Source: Raineya sp.
GTDB taxonomy: Bacteria; Bacteroidota; Bacteroidia; Cytophagales; Thermonemataceae
Length of the DNA stretch: 38,261 bases
Assembly: GCA_025054975.1 (NCBI GenBank)
Contig: JANWZC010000001.1
Coordinates: 1 to 38,261, forward strand
Reading direction: 5' to 3'
Positions 9,278 through 18,402 of the stretch are shown here, piece after piece. The translations under genes were made by a program, and so were the position numbers. Position 1 is the first letter of the stretch. Each line of letters starts with the position of its first letter. A model generated the notes under the pieces. It did no database searches and was not told where the DNA came from. It saw only the letters and a program-made list of their open reading frames with translations.

Positions 9278-9469
9278 ATGGAACAGAAAAACACACAAAT
9301 AGAAATTATCCCTAATGGTCCTATGGTGGTTTATGGAAGTTGTACGCTCAAGATAGGTGAAGAGGTACAAACCATTGAAAAGGAAAAGACTTTTCTTTGT
9401 CGTTGTGGGGCATCGGAAAAGAAACCATACTGCGATGGCTCGCATAAGAAAATAGGATTTAAGGGCTAA
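9278..9469 (+). CDS. CDGSH iron-sulfur domain protein
   Basis: NGPMVV and LCRCGASEKKPYCDGSH; 63 aa from ATG 9278. Confidence 0.92.
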   Translation: MEQKNTQIEIIPNGPMVVYGSCTLKIGEEVQTIEKEKTFLCRCGASEKKPYCDGSHKKIGFKG

Positions 9470-9516
9470 AAAGTAACTTTATTCTGTATTGGTGAAAAAT
9501 TATTCAAAAAAATTTT

Positions 9517-9545
9517 TTTGCTTCCGAAAACTTTTCCTAAATTTG
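9517..9545 (+). promoter_or_regulatory. Putative sigmaA promoter of the rplC operon
   Basis: TTTG (9517-9520), 17-nt spacer, TAAATTTG (9538-9545). Confidence 0.7.
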
Positions 9546-9579
9546 CAGTCCCTTACGGAAACCCTATCGTAAGGGATTG
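9546..9579 (+). promoter_or_regulatory. 5' leader hairpin upstream of rplC
   Basis: cagtcccttacg / cgtaagggattg forms a 12-bp stem (one G-U) with a 10-nt loop gaaaccctat. Confidence 0.55.
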
Positions 9580-9608
9580 ATTTTTTGAAAATTAAGCGAA
9601 AAATTGCA

Positions 9609-10229
9609 ATGGCAGGTCTTATTGGAAAAAAAATCGGAATGACTAGCTTTTTTAGTGCCGATGGACAACTTGTCGGATGCACGGTTATAGAAGCTGGTCC
9701 TTGCGTAGTTACGCAAGTGAAGACAAAAGAAAAAGACGGTTATGAAGCAGTACAGCTGGGTTTTGGTGAAGCCAAAGAAAAGAATACACCATTGCCTTTG
9801 CTCGGACACTTCAAAAAAGCGGGAACAACCCCGAAACGTAAATTAGCAGAGTTCAAAGGATTTTCCAGACCTCTGCAACTCGGTGAAACTCTTTCAGTAC
9901 AAGATGTTTTTGCCGAAGGAGATTTTGTAGATGTAGTAGGCACTTCCAAAGGAAAAGGTTTCCAAGGAGTAGTTAAAAGACATGGCTTTGCAGGAGTAGG
10001 TGGTAGAACGCACGGACAACACAATCGCCAACGCCATCCTGGTTCAATGGGTCCTGGTTCTACACCCGGACACGTGTTCAAAGGTCGTCGTATGGCTGGA
10101 AGAACAGGTAACGAACGTGTCAAAATCCAAAATCTAAAAGTTTTGAAAATCATTCCTGAAAAGAATCTCCTGATTGTCAAAGGTTCAGTACCTGGTGCGA
10201 ATAACTCTTTTGTTATCATTGAAAAATAA
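9609..10229 (+). CDS. rplC: 50S ribosomal protein L3
   Basis: [35 protein letters not shown]; ATG 9609. Confidence 0.98.
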   Translation: MAGLIGKKIGMTSFFSADGQLVGCTVIEAGPCVVTQVKTKEKDGYEAVQLGFGEAKEKNTPLPLLGHFKKAGTTPKRKLAEFKGFSRPLQLGETLSVQDVFAEGDFVDVVGTSKGKGFQGVVKRHGFAGVGGRTHGQHNRQRHPGSMGPGSTPGHVFKGRRMAGRTGNERVKIQNLKVLKIIPEKNLLIVKGSVPGANNSFVIIEK

Positions 10230-10240
10230 TTTTTACGGCA

Positions 10241-10873
10241 ATGCAATTACCTATTTTCAATATACAAGGCACAGAAACAGGCAGAACTATTGAGTTGCCT
10301 GATGATATCTTTGCGATTGAGCCTAATCAACACGTTGTGTATTTAGATGTGAAACATTACTTGGCGGCACAACGTCAGGGAACGCATAAATCCAAAGAAA
10401 GAAATGAAATTCATGGCTCTACGCGTAAATTACACCGCCAAAAAGGTACAGGAGGGTCGCGTAAAGGTAGTATCAAAAACCCTTTGTTCCGCCATGGAGG
10501 ACGTGTTTTTGGTCCCAGACCTCGCGACTACGACTTCAAACTCAACAAAAAAACCAAAATTTTAGCTCGTAAATCGGCTCTTACTTACAAAGCACAAGAA
10601 AATGCCATCAAAGTTTTAGAAAATTTTAACTTTGAAAAGCCTAAAACCAAAGATTATTTGGCTATTCTTGAAAAACTCGCTCTACAAGATAAAAAAACAC
10701 TTCTTGTGCTACCCGAGCCTGCTCCTAATATATATCTTTCAAGCAGAAATTTACCCAAAGCTCATACTATCACTGCTTCTGACCTTAATACTTATGCAGT
10801 AATGAATGCAGATGTATTGATTTTGTGTGAAGGAGCAGTAGCCAAAATGAAGGAAATTTTAGTTAAAGAATAA
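10241..10873 (+). CDS. rplD: 50S ribosomal protein L4
   Basis: RQGTHKSKER, RQKGTGGSR, GGRVFGPRPRDY. Confidence 0.98.
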   Translation: MQLPIFNIQGTETGRTIELPDDIFAIEPNQHVVYLDVKHYLAAQRQGTHKSKERNEIHGSTRKLHRQKGTGGSRKGSIKNPLFRHGGRVFGPRPRDYDFKLNKKTKILARKSALTYKAQENAIKVLENFNFEKPKTKDYLAILEKLALQDKKTLLVLPEPAPNIYLSSRNLPKAHTITASDLNTYAVMNADVLILCEGAVAKMKEILVKE

Positions 10874-10877
10874 GGTT

Positions 10878-11168
10878 ATGAAGACAATACTTAAAGAAGC
10901 GGTTATTTCTGAAAAAGCCTCAAAACTTCAAGATAAAGGCATCTACACTTTTATTGTGGATAAGAATGCCAATAAGGTTGAAATAAAAAACGAGATTGAG
11001 CGATTGTATGGCGTAACCGTAGAAAGTGTAAATACGGCACGTTATGCAGGCAAACCCAAAGTACGTTATACCAAAACCAACGTTATGGCGGGTAAAACCA
11101 AAGCCTACAAAAAAGCGGTTGTACGTCTTGCCGAAGGAGATTTCATTGATATTTATGGCAATGTGTAA
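10878..11168 (+). CDS. rplW: 50S ribosomal protein L23
   Basis: ISEKA, YTFIVDKNANKVEIK, YKKAVVRL; operon position. Confidence 0.97.
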   Translation: MKTILKEAVISEKASKLQDKGIYTFIVDKNANKVEIKNEIERLYGVTVESVNTARYAGKPKVRYTKTNVMAGKTKAYKKAVVRLAEGDFIDIYGNV

Positions 11169-11226
11169 CAATCCGAATTAGTAGTTTTATTGGGTTATAG
11201 TGCTTCACTGAAAAAGAAGAGAAAAA

Positions 11227-12051
11227 ATGGCTGTAAAAAAATTAAAACCTGTAACTCCCGGGCAACGTTTCAGAATAGCTCCTGTTTTTGCAGAAATTAC
11301 TAAGACAGAGCCTGAAAAGTCTTTGCTTACCCCCTTGAAGAAGACGGGTGGTCGGAACAACCAAGGCAAGATGACTATGCGTTATATCGGTGGCGGACAC
11401 AAAAGACGTTACCGAATTATTGATTTCAAACGTGATAAGTTTGATATACCTGCCCAAGTTTTAAGCATTGAATACGACCCTAATCGTACTGCTTACATTG
11501 CTTTGGTACAATACGAAGATGGCGAAAAACGCTATATCATTGCCCCTGAAGGCTTAAAAGTCGGTATGACTATCAAATCGGGCAAAAATGTTCCTCCTGA
11601 CTTGGGTAATGCCTTGCCTTTGGGCGAAATGCCTTTGGGTACCATTGTGCATAACATTGAGTTCAGACCAGGTAAAGGAGGTGGTTTGGCTCGTAGTGCA
11701 GGAACTTACGCTCAGGTACTTGCCAAAGAAGGTAAATATGTTACGCTCAAATTGCCTTCTGGGGAGATGCGTATGATACTTGCAACTTGTATGGCTACTG
11801 TGGGCAAAGTTTCCAATGCCGACCACATGAACGAACAAATCGGTAAAGCAGGTAGAAATCGTTGGCTTGGCATTAGACCTCGCACACGTGGCGTAGCTAT
11901 GAACCCTGTAGATCACCCTATGGGAGGTGGTGAAGGTAGAGCCTCAGGAGGACATCCTCGTTCGCGTAAAGGGTTGCTTGCCAAAGGTAAGAAAACTCGC
12001 AATAAGAAAAAGTACTCTACTCGTTTAATTATCAGCAGACGTAAAAAATAA
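11227..12051 (+). CDS. rplB: 50S ribosomal protein L2
   Basis: [35 protein letters not shown]. Confidence 0.99.
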   Translation: MAVKKLKPVTPGQRFRIAPVFAEITKTEPEKSLLTPLKKTGGRNNQGKMTMRYIGGGHKRRYRIIDFKRDKFDIPAQVLSIEYDPNRTAYIALVQYEDGEKRYIIAPEGLKVGMTIKSGKNVPPDLGNALPLGEMPLGTIVHNIEFRPGKGGGLARSAGTYAQVLAKEGKYVTLKLPSGEMRMILATCMATVGKVSNADHMNEQIGKAGRNRWLGIRPRTRGVAMNPVDHPMGGGEGRASGGHPRSRKGLLAKGKKTRNKKKYSTRLIISRRKK

Positions 12052-12059
12052 ACTTCAAT

Positions 12060-12338
12060 ATGGGACGCTCACTCAAAAAAGGACCTTATGTAGATTTCAG
12101 ACTCACCAAGAAGGTGTTGGAAATGGAAAAGTCTGGCAAAAAGTCTGTTATCAAAACATGGTCGCGTCGTTCTACAATTTCACCTGATTTTGTGGGACAT
12201 ACTTTTGCGGTGCATAATGGCAATAAATTTATTCCCGTATATGTAACCGAACAAATGGTAGGGCATAAACTTGGTGAATTTGCTCCTACACGTACCTTCC
12301 GCGGACACGCAGGTAAAAAAGACAAAGGTAAAAAGTAG
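12060..12338 (+). CDS. rpsS: 30S ribosomal protein S19
   Basis: [28 protein letters not shown]. Confidence 0.99.
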   Translation: MGRSLKKGPYVDFRLTKKVLEMEKSGKKSVIKTWSRRSTISPDFVGHTFAVHNGNKFIPVYVTEQMVGHKLGEFAPTRTFRGHAGKKDKGKK

Positions 12339-12386
12339 TATATGGAATGGAGGACACTCCGAAAAACCTCTTAAAAACAACAAAGT

Positions 12387-12770
12387 ATGGAAGCAGTTGC
12401 AAAACTTAGAAATGTACCTACTTCGCCTCGCAAAATGAAACTGGTGGTAGATTTAATTCGTGGTATGGAAGTAGGGCAAGCCTTGAATGTACTTAAATTT
12501 CAGCCTAATCATGCCGCTCGTAGCCTTGAAAAACTTTTGCTTTCGGCGGTAGCCAACTGGCAACAACATAACCCCGATACCAGATTGGAAGATGCTGATT
12601 TGTTTGTAAAAACCATTTTCGTAGGACACGGCAGAATGCTTAAACGTCTTCGCCCTGCTCCACAAGGAAGGGCTCATCGCATTCGCAAGCGTTCTAACCA
12701 CGTTACCGTTGTCATTGACGATAGAAACGCATTATTTGCTCCTTCAGTGGATAAACTTGTAAATCAATAA
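12387..12770 (+). CDS. rplV: 50S ribosomal protein L22
   Basis: [35 protein letters not shown]. Confidence 0.98.
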   Translation: MEAVAKLRNVPTSPRKMKLVVDLIRGMEVGQALNVLKFQPNHAARSLEKLLLSAVANWQQHNPDTRLEDADLFVKTIFVGHGRMLKRLRPAPQGRAHRIRKRSNHVTVVIDDRNALFAPSVDKLVNQ

Positions 12771-12775
12771 ACACC

Positions 12776-13507
12776 ATGGGACAAAAAACGAATCCGATAG
12801 GTTTTAGATTAGGTATTACCAGAGGTTGGGAGTCTAATTGGTTTGGTGGAAAGGATTTCCCTGAAAAACTCATAGAAGACGAGAAAATTCGTAAATATGT
12901 AGAGGCTCGTGTTCCGAAAGGAGGTATCTCTCGTATTCTTATTGAGCGTACCTTGAAACGCATTACGCTTACCATTCAAACGGCTCGTCCTGGTGTAGTG
13001 ATTGGCAAAGGCGGTAACGAGGTAGATAAAATTAAAGAAGAACTTAAAAAACTTACGGGCAAAGACGTTCAAATCAATATTTTTGAGATAGAGCGTCCTG
13101 AAAAAGATGCTCGTTTAGTTGCCGATACGATTGCTCAGCAAATTAGGGCTCGTGTTTCCTACCGAAGAGCTATGAAGCAAGCTATTGCGGCAGCGATGCG
13201 AGTAGGAGTAGAAGGTATCAAGATAAAAGTTTCGGGACGTTTGGGTGGGGCAGATATGGCTCGCTCCGAACAATACAAAGAAGGACGTATTCCTTTGCAC
13301 ACTTTACGTGCCGATATTGACTATGCCGTAGCTGAAGCTGATACCGTCTATGGAAAAATAGGGGTAAAAGTATGGATTTTCAAAGGTGAAATCTACGGAA
13401 AACCTAATTTGTATCCTGGTCTTTCCGAAGAAGCCTCCTCTTTGAGAGAAAGTCGCAAGAAAGGCGGTAGCGGCGGCGGAAAGAAAAGAAGAAAAAAGGA
13501 AAAATAA
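12776..13507 (+). CDS. rpsC: 30S ribosomal protein S3
   Basis: [38 protein letters not shown]. Confidence 0.99.
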   Translation: MGQKTNPIGFRLGITRGWESNWFGGKDFPEKLIEDEKIRKYVEARVPKGGISRILIERTLKRITLTIQTARPGVVIGKGGNEVDKIKEELKKLTGKDVQINIFEIERPEKDARLVADTIAQQIRARVSYRRAMKQAIAAAMRVGVEGIKIKVSGRLGGADMARSEQYKEGRIPLHTLRADIDYAVAEADTVYGKIGVKVWIFKGEIYGKPNLYPGLSEEASSLRESRKKGGSGGGKKRRKKEK

Positions 13508-13589
13508 AAGCAGAGTTTGAGTTTTGCCCCAATGCCGTTACCATTGAGAAAAACTCAGCTTTGCGGTAACAAATTAAACCGAAAGAGCA

Positions 13590-14012
13590 ATGTTACAACC
13601 AAAAAGAACCAAATACAGAAAACAGCAAAAAGGACGTGTGAAGGGCATTGCCACACGCGGAGCAGAAATTGCTTTTGGCTCTTTTGCTATCAAGTCTTTG
13701 GAAGCGTCTTGGATTACGGCTCGTCAGATTGAAGCGGCTCGTATTTCCATGACACGCGAAATGAAACGTGAAGGGCAAGTTTGGATACGCATATTTCCCG
13801 ATAAACCCGTAACCAAAAAACCCGCCGAAGTGCGTATGGGTAAGGGAAAAGGTTCTCCTGAATACTGGGTAGCTTGCGTAAAGCCAGGTACTATTCTTTT
13901 TGAAGTGGCAGGTGTAAAAAAAGAAGTTGCCCAAGAAGCATTGCGACTTGCCGCTCAGAAATTACCTGTAAAAACCAAATTTGTTGTGCGTAGAGATTAT
14001 GTTGAATCTTAA
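13590..14012 (+). CDS. rplP: 50S ribosomal protein L16
   Basis: [26 protein letters not shown]. Confidence 0.99.
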   Translation: MLQPKRTKYRKQQKGRVKGIATRGAEIAFGSFAIKSLEASWITARQIEAARISMTREMKREGQVWIRIFPDKPVTKKPAEVRMGKGKGSPEYWVACVKPGTILFEVAGVKKEVAQEALRLAAQKLPVKTKFVVRRDYVES

Positions 14013-14025
14013 TGCTGAATGTTCT

Positions 14026-14220
14026 ATGAAAGCATCAGAACTAAAAAAACTCTCTTTAGAGGAGTTGAAGGAAAAATTGGCAGAAGAAAGAGATGCTCTT
14101 TTGAGACTCAAAATGGCTCATGCAATTGCTCCTATTGAAAATCCTATGCGTTTGCGTGAGGCTCGTAAAGTTATAGCTCGTATTCAGACGGTTATCAGAC
14201 AGAAAGAACTCGGAAAATAA
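14026..14220 (+). CDS. rpmC: 50S ribosomal protein L29
   Basis: [10 protein letters not shown]...[18 protein letters not shown]; ATG 14026; operon position. Confidence 0.96.
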   Translation: MKASELKKLSLEELKEKLAEERDALLRLKMAHAIAPIENPMRLREARKVIARIQTVIRQKELGK

Positions 14221-14227
14221 GAACATT

Positions 14228-14497
14228 ATGGAACAGACTGCCGTTGTACGAAATGCCCGCAAAGAAAAAGTGGGTAAAGTAGTTAGCAATAAAATGCAAA
14301 AATCTATCGTCGTAGCAGTAGAACGTAGGGTAAAACATCCCATCTACGGGAAGTTTATGAAAAAAACTTCCAAATTCATGGCTCACGACGAGAAGAATGA
14401 ATGTAATATTGGTGATGTGGTCAGAATTATGGAAACCCGACCACTTAGCAAACGCAAACGCTGGAGATTAGTTGAAATTATTGAAAAAGCTAAGTAA
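14228..14497 (+). CDS. rpsQ: 30S ribosomal protein S17
   Basis: [29 protein letters not shown]. Confidence 0.98.
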   Translation: MEQTAVVRNARKEKVGKVVSNKMQKSIVVAVERRVKHPIYGKFMKKTSKFMAHDEKNECNIGDVVRIMETRPLSKRKRWRLVEIIEKAK

Positions 14498-14499
14498 TT

Positions 14500-14868
14500 A
14501 TGATACGTCAAGAGTCTCGGCTCAATGTAGCTGACAACAGCGGAGCCAAAGAAGTCCTTTGCATTCGTATTTTGGGTGGTACAGGTAAAAAATTTGCTAC
14601 CGTAGGCGATAAAATTGTAGTTACCGTGAAATCGGCTATTCCTTCGGGCAATATCAAGAAGGGGGCTATTTCGCGTGCGGTGATTGTAAGAACTAAAAAA
14701 GAAGTTCGTAGAAAAGATGGTTCTTACATCCGTTTTGAAGACAATGCCGCTGTACTACTCAATAACCAAGATGAACCACGTGGTACGCGTATTTTCGGAC
14801 CTGTAGCTCGTGAGTTGCGTGAAAAACAATTTATGAAAATTATTTCATTAGCTCCCGAAGTGTTGTAA
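14500..14868 (+). CDS. rplN: 50S ribosomal protein L14
   Basis: [28 protein letters not shown]. Confidence 0.99.
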   Translation: MIRQESRLNVADNSGAKEVLCIRILGGTGKKFATVGDKIVVTVKSAIPSGNIKKGAISRAVIVRTKKEVRRKDGSYIRFEDNAAVLLNNQDEPRGTRIFGPVARELREKQFMKIISLAPEVL

Positions 14869-14873
14869 GCAAT

Positions 14874-15215
14874 ATGGAAAGAAAATTCAATAAGCAGAAA
14901 AAATTTCACATCAAAACTGGCGACATGGTTTTGGTGATTGCAGGTGATGAAAAGGGCAAAAAAGGTAAGGTCATTAAGATGCTTACTGATAAAGAACGTG
15001 CTATTGTAGAAGGACTGAACATGGTAAAAAAGCACGTCAAGCCCTCGGCTACTAATCCTCAGGGGGGAATTATTGAGAAAGAAGCTGGTATTCACATCAG
15101 CAATCTTATGCTCATAGACCCCAAAACAGGCGAACCTACCCGTACAGGTAGAAGACGCAACGAAAAAGGCAAATTGCAAAGATATTCTAAAAAAACTAAC
15201 GAATTTATACAATAA
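14874..15215 (+). CDS. rplX: 50S ribosomal protein L24
   Basis: KOW motif [33 protein letters not shown]. Confidence 0.98.
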   Translation: MERKFNKQKKFHIKTGDMVLVIAGDEKGKKGKVIKMLTDKERAIVEGLNMVKKHVKPSATNPQGGIIEKEAGIHISNLMLIDPKTGEPTRTGRRRNEKGKLQRYSKKTNEFIQ

Positions 15216-15772
15216 TGGCAACTACTCCTCGGCTGAAAGAAAAGTATTTTAAGGAAATTGTCCCTGCCCTAAAGGAGCAGTTTGGCTACAAATCTGTGAT
15301 GCAAGTGCCTCGCCTTACCAAAATTGTGATTAACAAAGGTATTGGTGCAGCCGTAGCCGACAAGAAGCTCGTTGAACAGGGAATTGAAGAACTTACCATG
15401 ATTACCGGACAGAAAGCTGTTCCTACTTTTGCCAAAAAGGCTATTTCTAACTTCAAACTTCGTGAAAATATGCCTATTGGGGCAAAAGTTACGCTTCGCG
15501 GAAATATCATGTATGAGTTCTTAGACAGATTGATGACCATTGCCTTACCTCGTGTAAGAGATTTCAGAGGTGTAAGTGATAAAAGTTTTGATGGCAGAGG
15601 GAATTACACTTTGGGTGTAAAAGAGCAAATCATTTTCCCTGAAATTAGCATTGATAAAGTCAATCGGATTTCAGGAATGGATATTACTATCGTAACCACT
15701 GCCGAAACCGATAAAGAAGCCTACGAATTGCTCAAAGCATTCGGTATGCCTTTTGCAAATTTGAAAAAATAA
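15215..15772 (+). CDS. rplE: 50S ribosomal protein L5
   Basis: [28 protein letters not shown]; TAATG overlap with rplX. Confidence 0.99.
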   Translation: MATTPRLKEKYFKEIVPALKEQFGYKSVMQVPRLTKIVINKGIGAAVADKKLVEQGIEELTMITGQKAVPTFAKKAISNFKLRENMPIGAKVTLRGNIMYEFLDRLMTIALPRVRDFRGVSDKSFDGRGNYTLGVKEQIIFPEISIDKVNRISGMDITIVTTAETDKEAYELLKAFGMPFANLKK

Positions 15773-15786
15773 CCACTTATTAAAAT

Positions 15787-16056
15787 ATGGCAAAAGAATC
15801 TATCAAAGCACGTGAGCGTAAAAGAGAAAGATTGGTAGCACGTTACGCCGCCAAACGTAAAGCCCTCAAAGAAGCAGGAGATTATGAGGCTTTAGATAAA
15901 CTACCTCGTAACTCTTCTCCTGTACGTTTGCACAATCGTTGTAAAATAACAGGACGTCCTAGGGGGTATATGCGGCGTTTTGGAATTTCAAGAGTATTGT
16001 TTCGGCAATGGGCTCTGGAAGGCAAATTGCCCGGTGTAAAGAAAGCCAGTTGGTGA
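15787..16056 (+). CDS. rpsN: 30S ribosomal protein S14 (89-aa, zinc-ribbon-less C- type)
   Basis: [22 protein letters not shown]...PGVKKASW; a single Cys. Confidence 0.98.
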   Translation: MAKESIKARERKRERLVARYAAKRKALKEAGDYEALDKLPRNSSPVRLHNRCKITGRPRGYMRRFGISRVLFRQWALEGKLPGVKKASW

Positions 16057-16065
16057 ATACCTTGC

Positions 16066-16100
16066 AAGACACAAATTTATTTTTGTGTCTTTTTTATTTT
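16066..16100 (+). terminator. Intrinsic terminator ending the ribosomal block
   Basis: aagacacaaa / tttgtgtctt 10-bp stem followed by a T-run, 9 nt after the rpsN stop. Confidence 0.8.
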
Positions 16101-16118
16101 GGCTAAAATGCCTTAAAA

Positions 16119-18101
16119 TCATTCGGATTTCTGTTTAGTTAAGATTTCAAACTCTACACGGCGATTGAGTCTTTTATCTTCGGGAGTTTTTTCTACTACA
16201 ATGGGTCGCGTGCTACCATAGCCAATTGCGTCAATGCGGCTGGGAGAGATTTTGCCCTTTTCTATAATGTAATTCTTAATAGCATCGGCACGGGCTTGTG
16301 AAAGTTTCAGGTTTGCCTCGTCGTTGCCGTCTGAGTCGGTATGTCCGCTAATTTTTAAGCGAATGTTGGGGTGGTCTGCCATAAAATAAACTACTTTGTC
16401 CAGGTCTGCTTGCATTTCTGGCTTGATTTCGGCACTACCTCCATCAAACTCCAAGGAGGCAAATTTCCACTTGTTAAACCGAATAGCTTCTCCTTTGAAC
16501 TCCATTTCTGTATCGCCTGTGAGGAAAAATTTTTTTTCAATTCTGAAAAAATCATCTCCCGTGATAATAATAAGGTAGTTGTTGTTTTTTATCAAATCAA
16601 ATTCATAGGAGCCGTCAGGGCGTAAATACTGAGGAGCTATCTCTACGCCATTATCCAAATCTATAATGGAAACAATGCCTTGAAAAGGATTTCCTGTTTC
16701 TTTATCTACCACTTTACCTTTGAACACTACCGTTGCATTTGGTTTAGCTTCCATAGGTACAGGAAAAGAAAAAAGATTAAGATTATCAGGTTCATCTTCG
16801 GTAGCTTTGGCATAATACAGAAATTTGGCTTGGTGGTCTATGGTAAAATAATATTCATCGGCAGCACTATTGACAAGAGGTCCTATATTTAGAGGCTCTT
16901 GCCAGCGTCCGAAGAGTTTGTAGGATTTGTAAATGTCAAAACCTCCAAAATTTACTAAATGTCCGTTAGAGCTAAAATAGAGTACATCATACACAGGATG
17001 CACATAAGGACTTACCTCACTTCCCCGTGTGTTGATAGTAGGTCCCAGATTTTGAGCCTTTGCCCAAGTGCCATCAGGGAGTTTGTAAGTGAAATAAATA
17101 TCTGAAAGTCCAAAACCTCCAATTCGGTCGGAGGCAAAATAAAGAGTATCTTCATTTTTGGAAAGAGCAGGGTGAGAGTCCCAAGCTGCACTATTGACAT
17201 TGATGCCCAAGTTTTCTACTTTCCAAGTGCTATCAGGTTGCAAGTAAGCTACATAAATATCACAATTTCCATAGCAGTCAGGGGCGTCGCATCGCGAGAA
17301 ATACAAAGTTTTGCCGTCTTTGCTTAGATGTGCTGAGCCTTCGTTATAGACGGTATTTAAGCCTTTAAATTCTATAGCTTCTGTCCAGGAGCCATCAATT
17401 TTTCGGGAAAAATAAAGATCTTCGTTGGCTTTGGTTTCTCGCTTGATAGCCATTACTTGCTTTTCTCGGCGTTTGGAACTGAAAATAAGGAGCGTGTCAT
17501 TTTGTCGGGCAAAAGTAGTAGGGGCATAGTCAGCTTTGGTAGAGTTAATAGCAAAATCCATTTCTAAAAGTAAGGCTTCGGGAGGAAGTAGCGTATCTAC
17601 TAATTTTCTGTATTCAACAAGCTCATAGTAATACTCAATCGGTACATAATACCTCCGCTGATTGACCGTCATGCTATCAAAGTGAAGTTCTATGGCTTTT
17701 ACTTCATCTCCTCTATGGTGTTTAAGAATAGTTCGGTATAAACTTTTAGAGGCTTCAAAATCATCAAGAAGTTCAATCATTTTAGCTAAAAGCCACATTT
17801 TTTCGGCGTCGCGATAAAAATTCTCAATACCAAAATTCTTTACGTAATCAAAAAGTAAAGGGTAAGCCTCTTTGTATTGGCGATTTTTAACGAGTTTTTC
17901 AATCTTTTGCCATTTTTTTTCGTCTGAATAATATTTGGTAGTATTGATTTTAGGAAATTCAAAAACACTTTCAGGGTGCTTACCTACTACAGGGTCTTTT
18001 ACTTTCACAACCCCTTGCGACTTTACTTTATCAGGTTGAGCTTGTAAAGCACCTGTTAAGTACAGCAGAAAGCAAATACTTGTTATTAAGCGATAAATCA
18101 T
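16119..18101 (-). CDS. PD40 beta-propeller + OmpA-like peptidoglycan-binding domain protein
   Basis: Signal peptide (ALQAQ); PD40 repeats (LSKDGKTLYFSR, TLYFASDRIGGFGLSDIY, LYFSSNGH..FGGFDIY); OmpA_C (ISGHTDSDG..ANLKLSQARA, LNRRVEF). ATG 18101. Confidence 0.9.
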   Translation of the reverse strand: MIYRLITSICFLLYLTGALQAQPDKVKSQGVVKVKDPVVGKHPESVFEFPKINTTKYYSDEKKWQKIEKLVKNRQYKEAYPLLFDYVKNFGIENFYRDAEKMWLLAKMIELLDDFEASKSLYRTILKHHRGDEVKAIELHFDSMTVNQRRYYVPIEYYYELVEYRKLVDTLLPPEALLLEMDFAINSTKADYAPTTFARQNDTLLIFSSKRREKQVMAIKRETKANEDLYFSRKIDGSWTEAIEFKGLNTVYNEGSAHLSKDGKTLYFSRCDAPDCYGNCDIYVAYLQPDSTWKVENLGINVNSAAWDSHPALSKNEDTLYFASDRIGGFGLSDIYFTYKLPDGTWAKAQNLGPTINTRGSEVSPYVHPVYDVLYFSSNGHLVNFGGFDIYKSYKLFGRWQEPLNIGPLVNSAADEYYFTIDHQAKFLYYAKATEDEPDNLNLFSFPVPMEAKPNATVVFKGKVVDKETGNPFQGIVSIIDLDNGVEIAPQYLRPDGSYEFDLIKNNNYLIIITGDDFFRIEKKFFLTGDTEMEFKGEAIRFNKWKFASLEFDGGSAEIKPEMQADLDKVVYFMADHPNIRLKISGHTDSDGNDEANLKLSQARADAIKNYIIEKGKISPSRIDAIGYGSTRPIVVEKTPEDKRLNRRVEFEILTKQKSE

Positions 18102-18233
18102 AGTTTTATGATAATTAGAACAAGTATAAAACCCATAAAGTTTGCGATTTTTCAACTTGTAAAGTTAACAAAAAATAAATTTTTACCTAAAAACTTACAA
18201 AAAATTAGCTTAAATCCTTCTTATCAACGCTAC

Positions 18234-18369
18234 TAATTTTGGCATAATAATTGAAACTATGTAATTTTGCAAAATTTTTTGATAGAGCATATAAGCGAAT
18301 ATTTTAGTAGCAAAGCTATATGCTCAACAACAAGAAATTTACTGCCCAAATAGCAATGACTTTTTGTCA
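18234..18369 (+). promoter_or_regulatory. lon promoter/leader region with several motifs
   Basis: TTTG(18238)-N20-TAATTTTG(18262); overlapping TGGCAT-N5-TTGA (18240-18254); gagcatata/tatatgctc inverted repeat (18285-18325); TGAC-N5-GTCA (18357-18369). Confidence 0.55.
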
Positions 18370-18402
18370 GTTTCTTGAACAATAAGCAAAAATTATTCTA
18401 CA

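Noticed and set aside
12339-12386. GGAGG in the rpsS-rplV spacer as a Shine-Dalgarno site
   Set aside because: About 30 nt from the rplV ATG and paired in a tiny ggag/ctcc hairpin; too far away and too weak to call.
13440-13507. Gly/Lys-rich low-complexity tail of S3
   Set aside because: Variable basic C-terminal tails are normal for bacterial S3.
9740-15540. Antisense ORFs over ribosomal genes (e.g. 9740-10246, 11554-11916, 14724-15221)
   Set aside because: Shadow ORFs opposite highly conserved genes, with no motifs and unnatural composition.
15787-16056. Zinc-free S14 as a zinc-starvation paralogue
   Set aside because: It sits at the canonical operon position, and the 89-aa C- form is the ordinary S14 in Bacteroidota.
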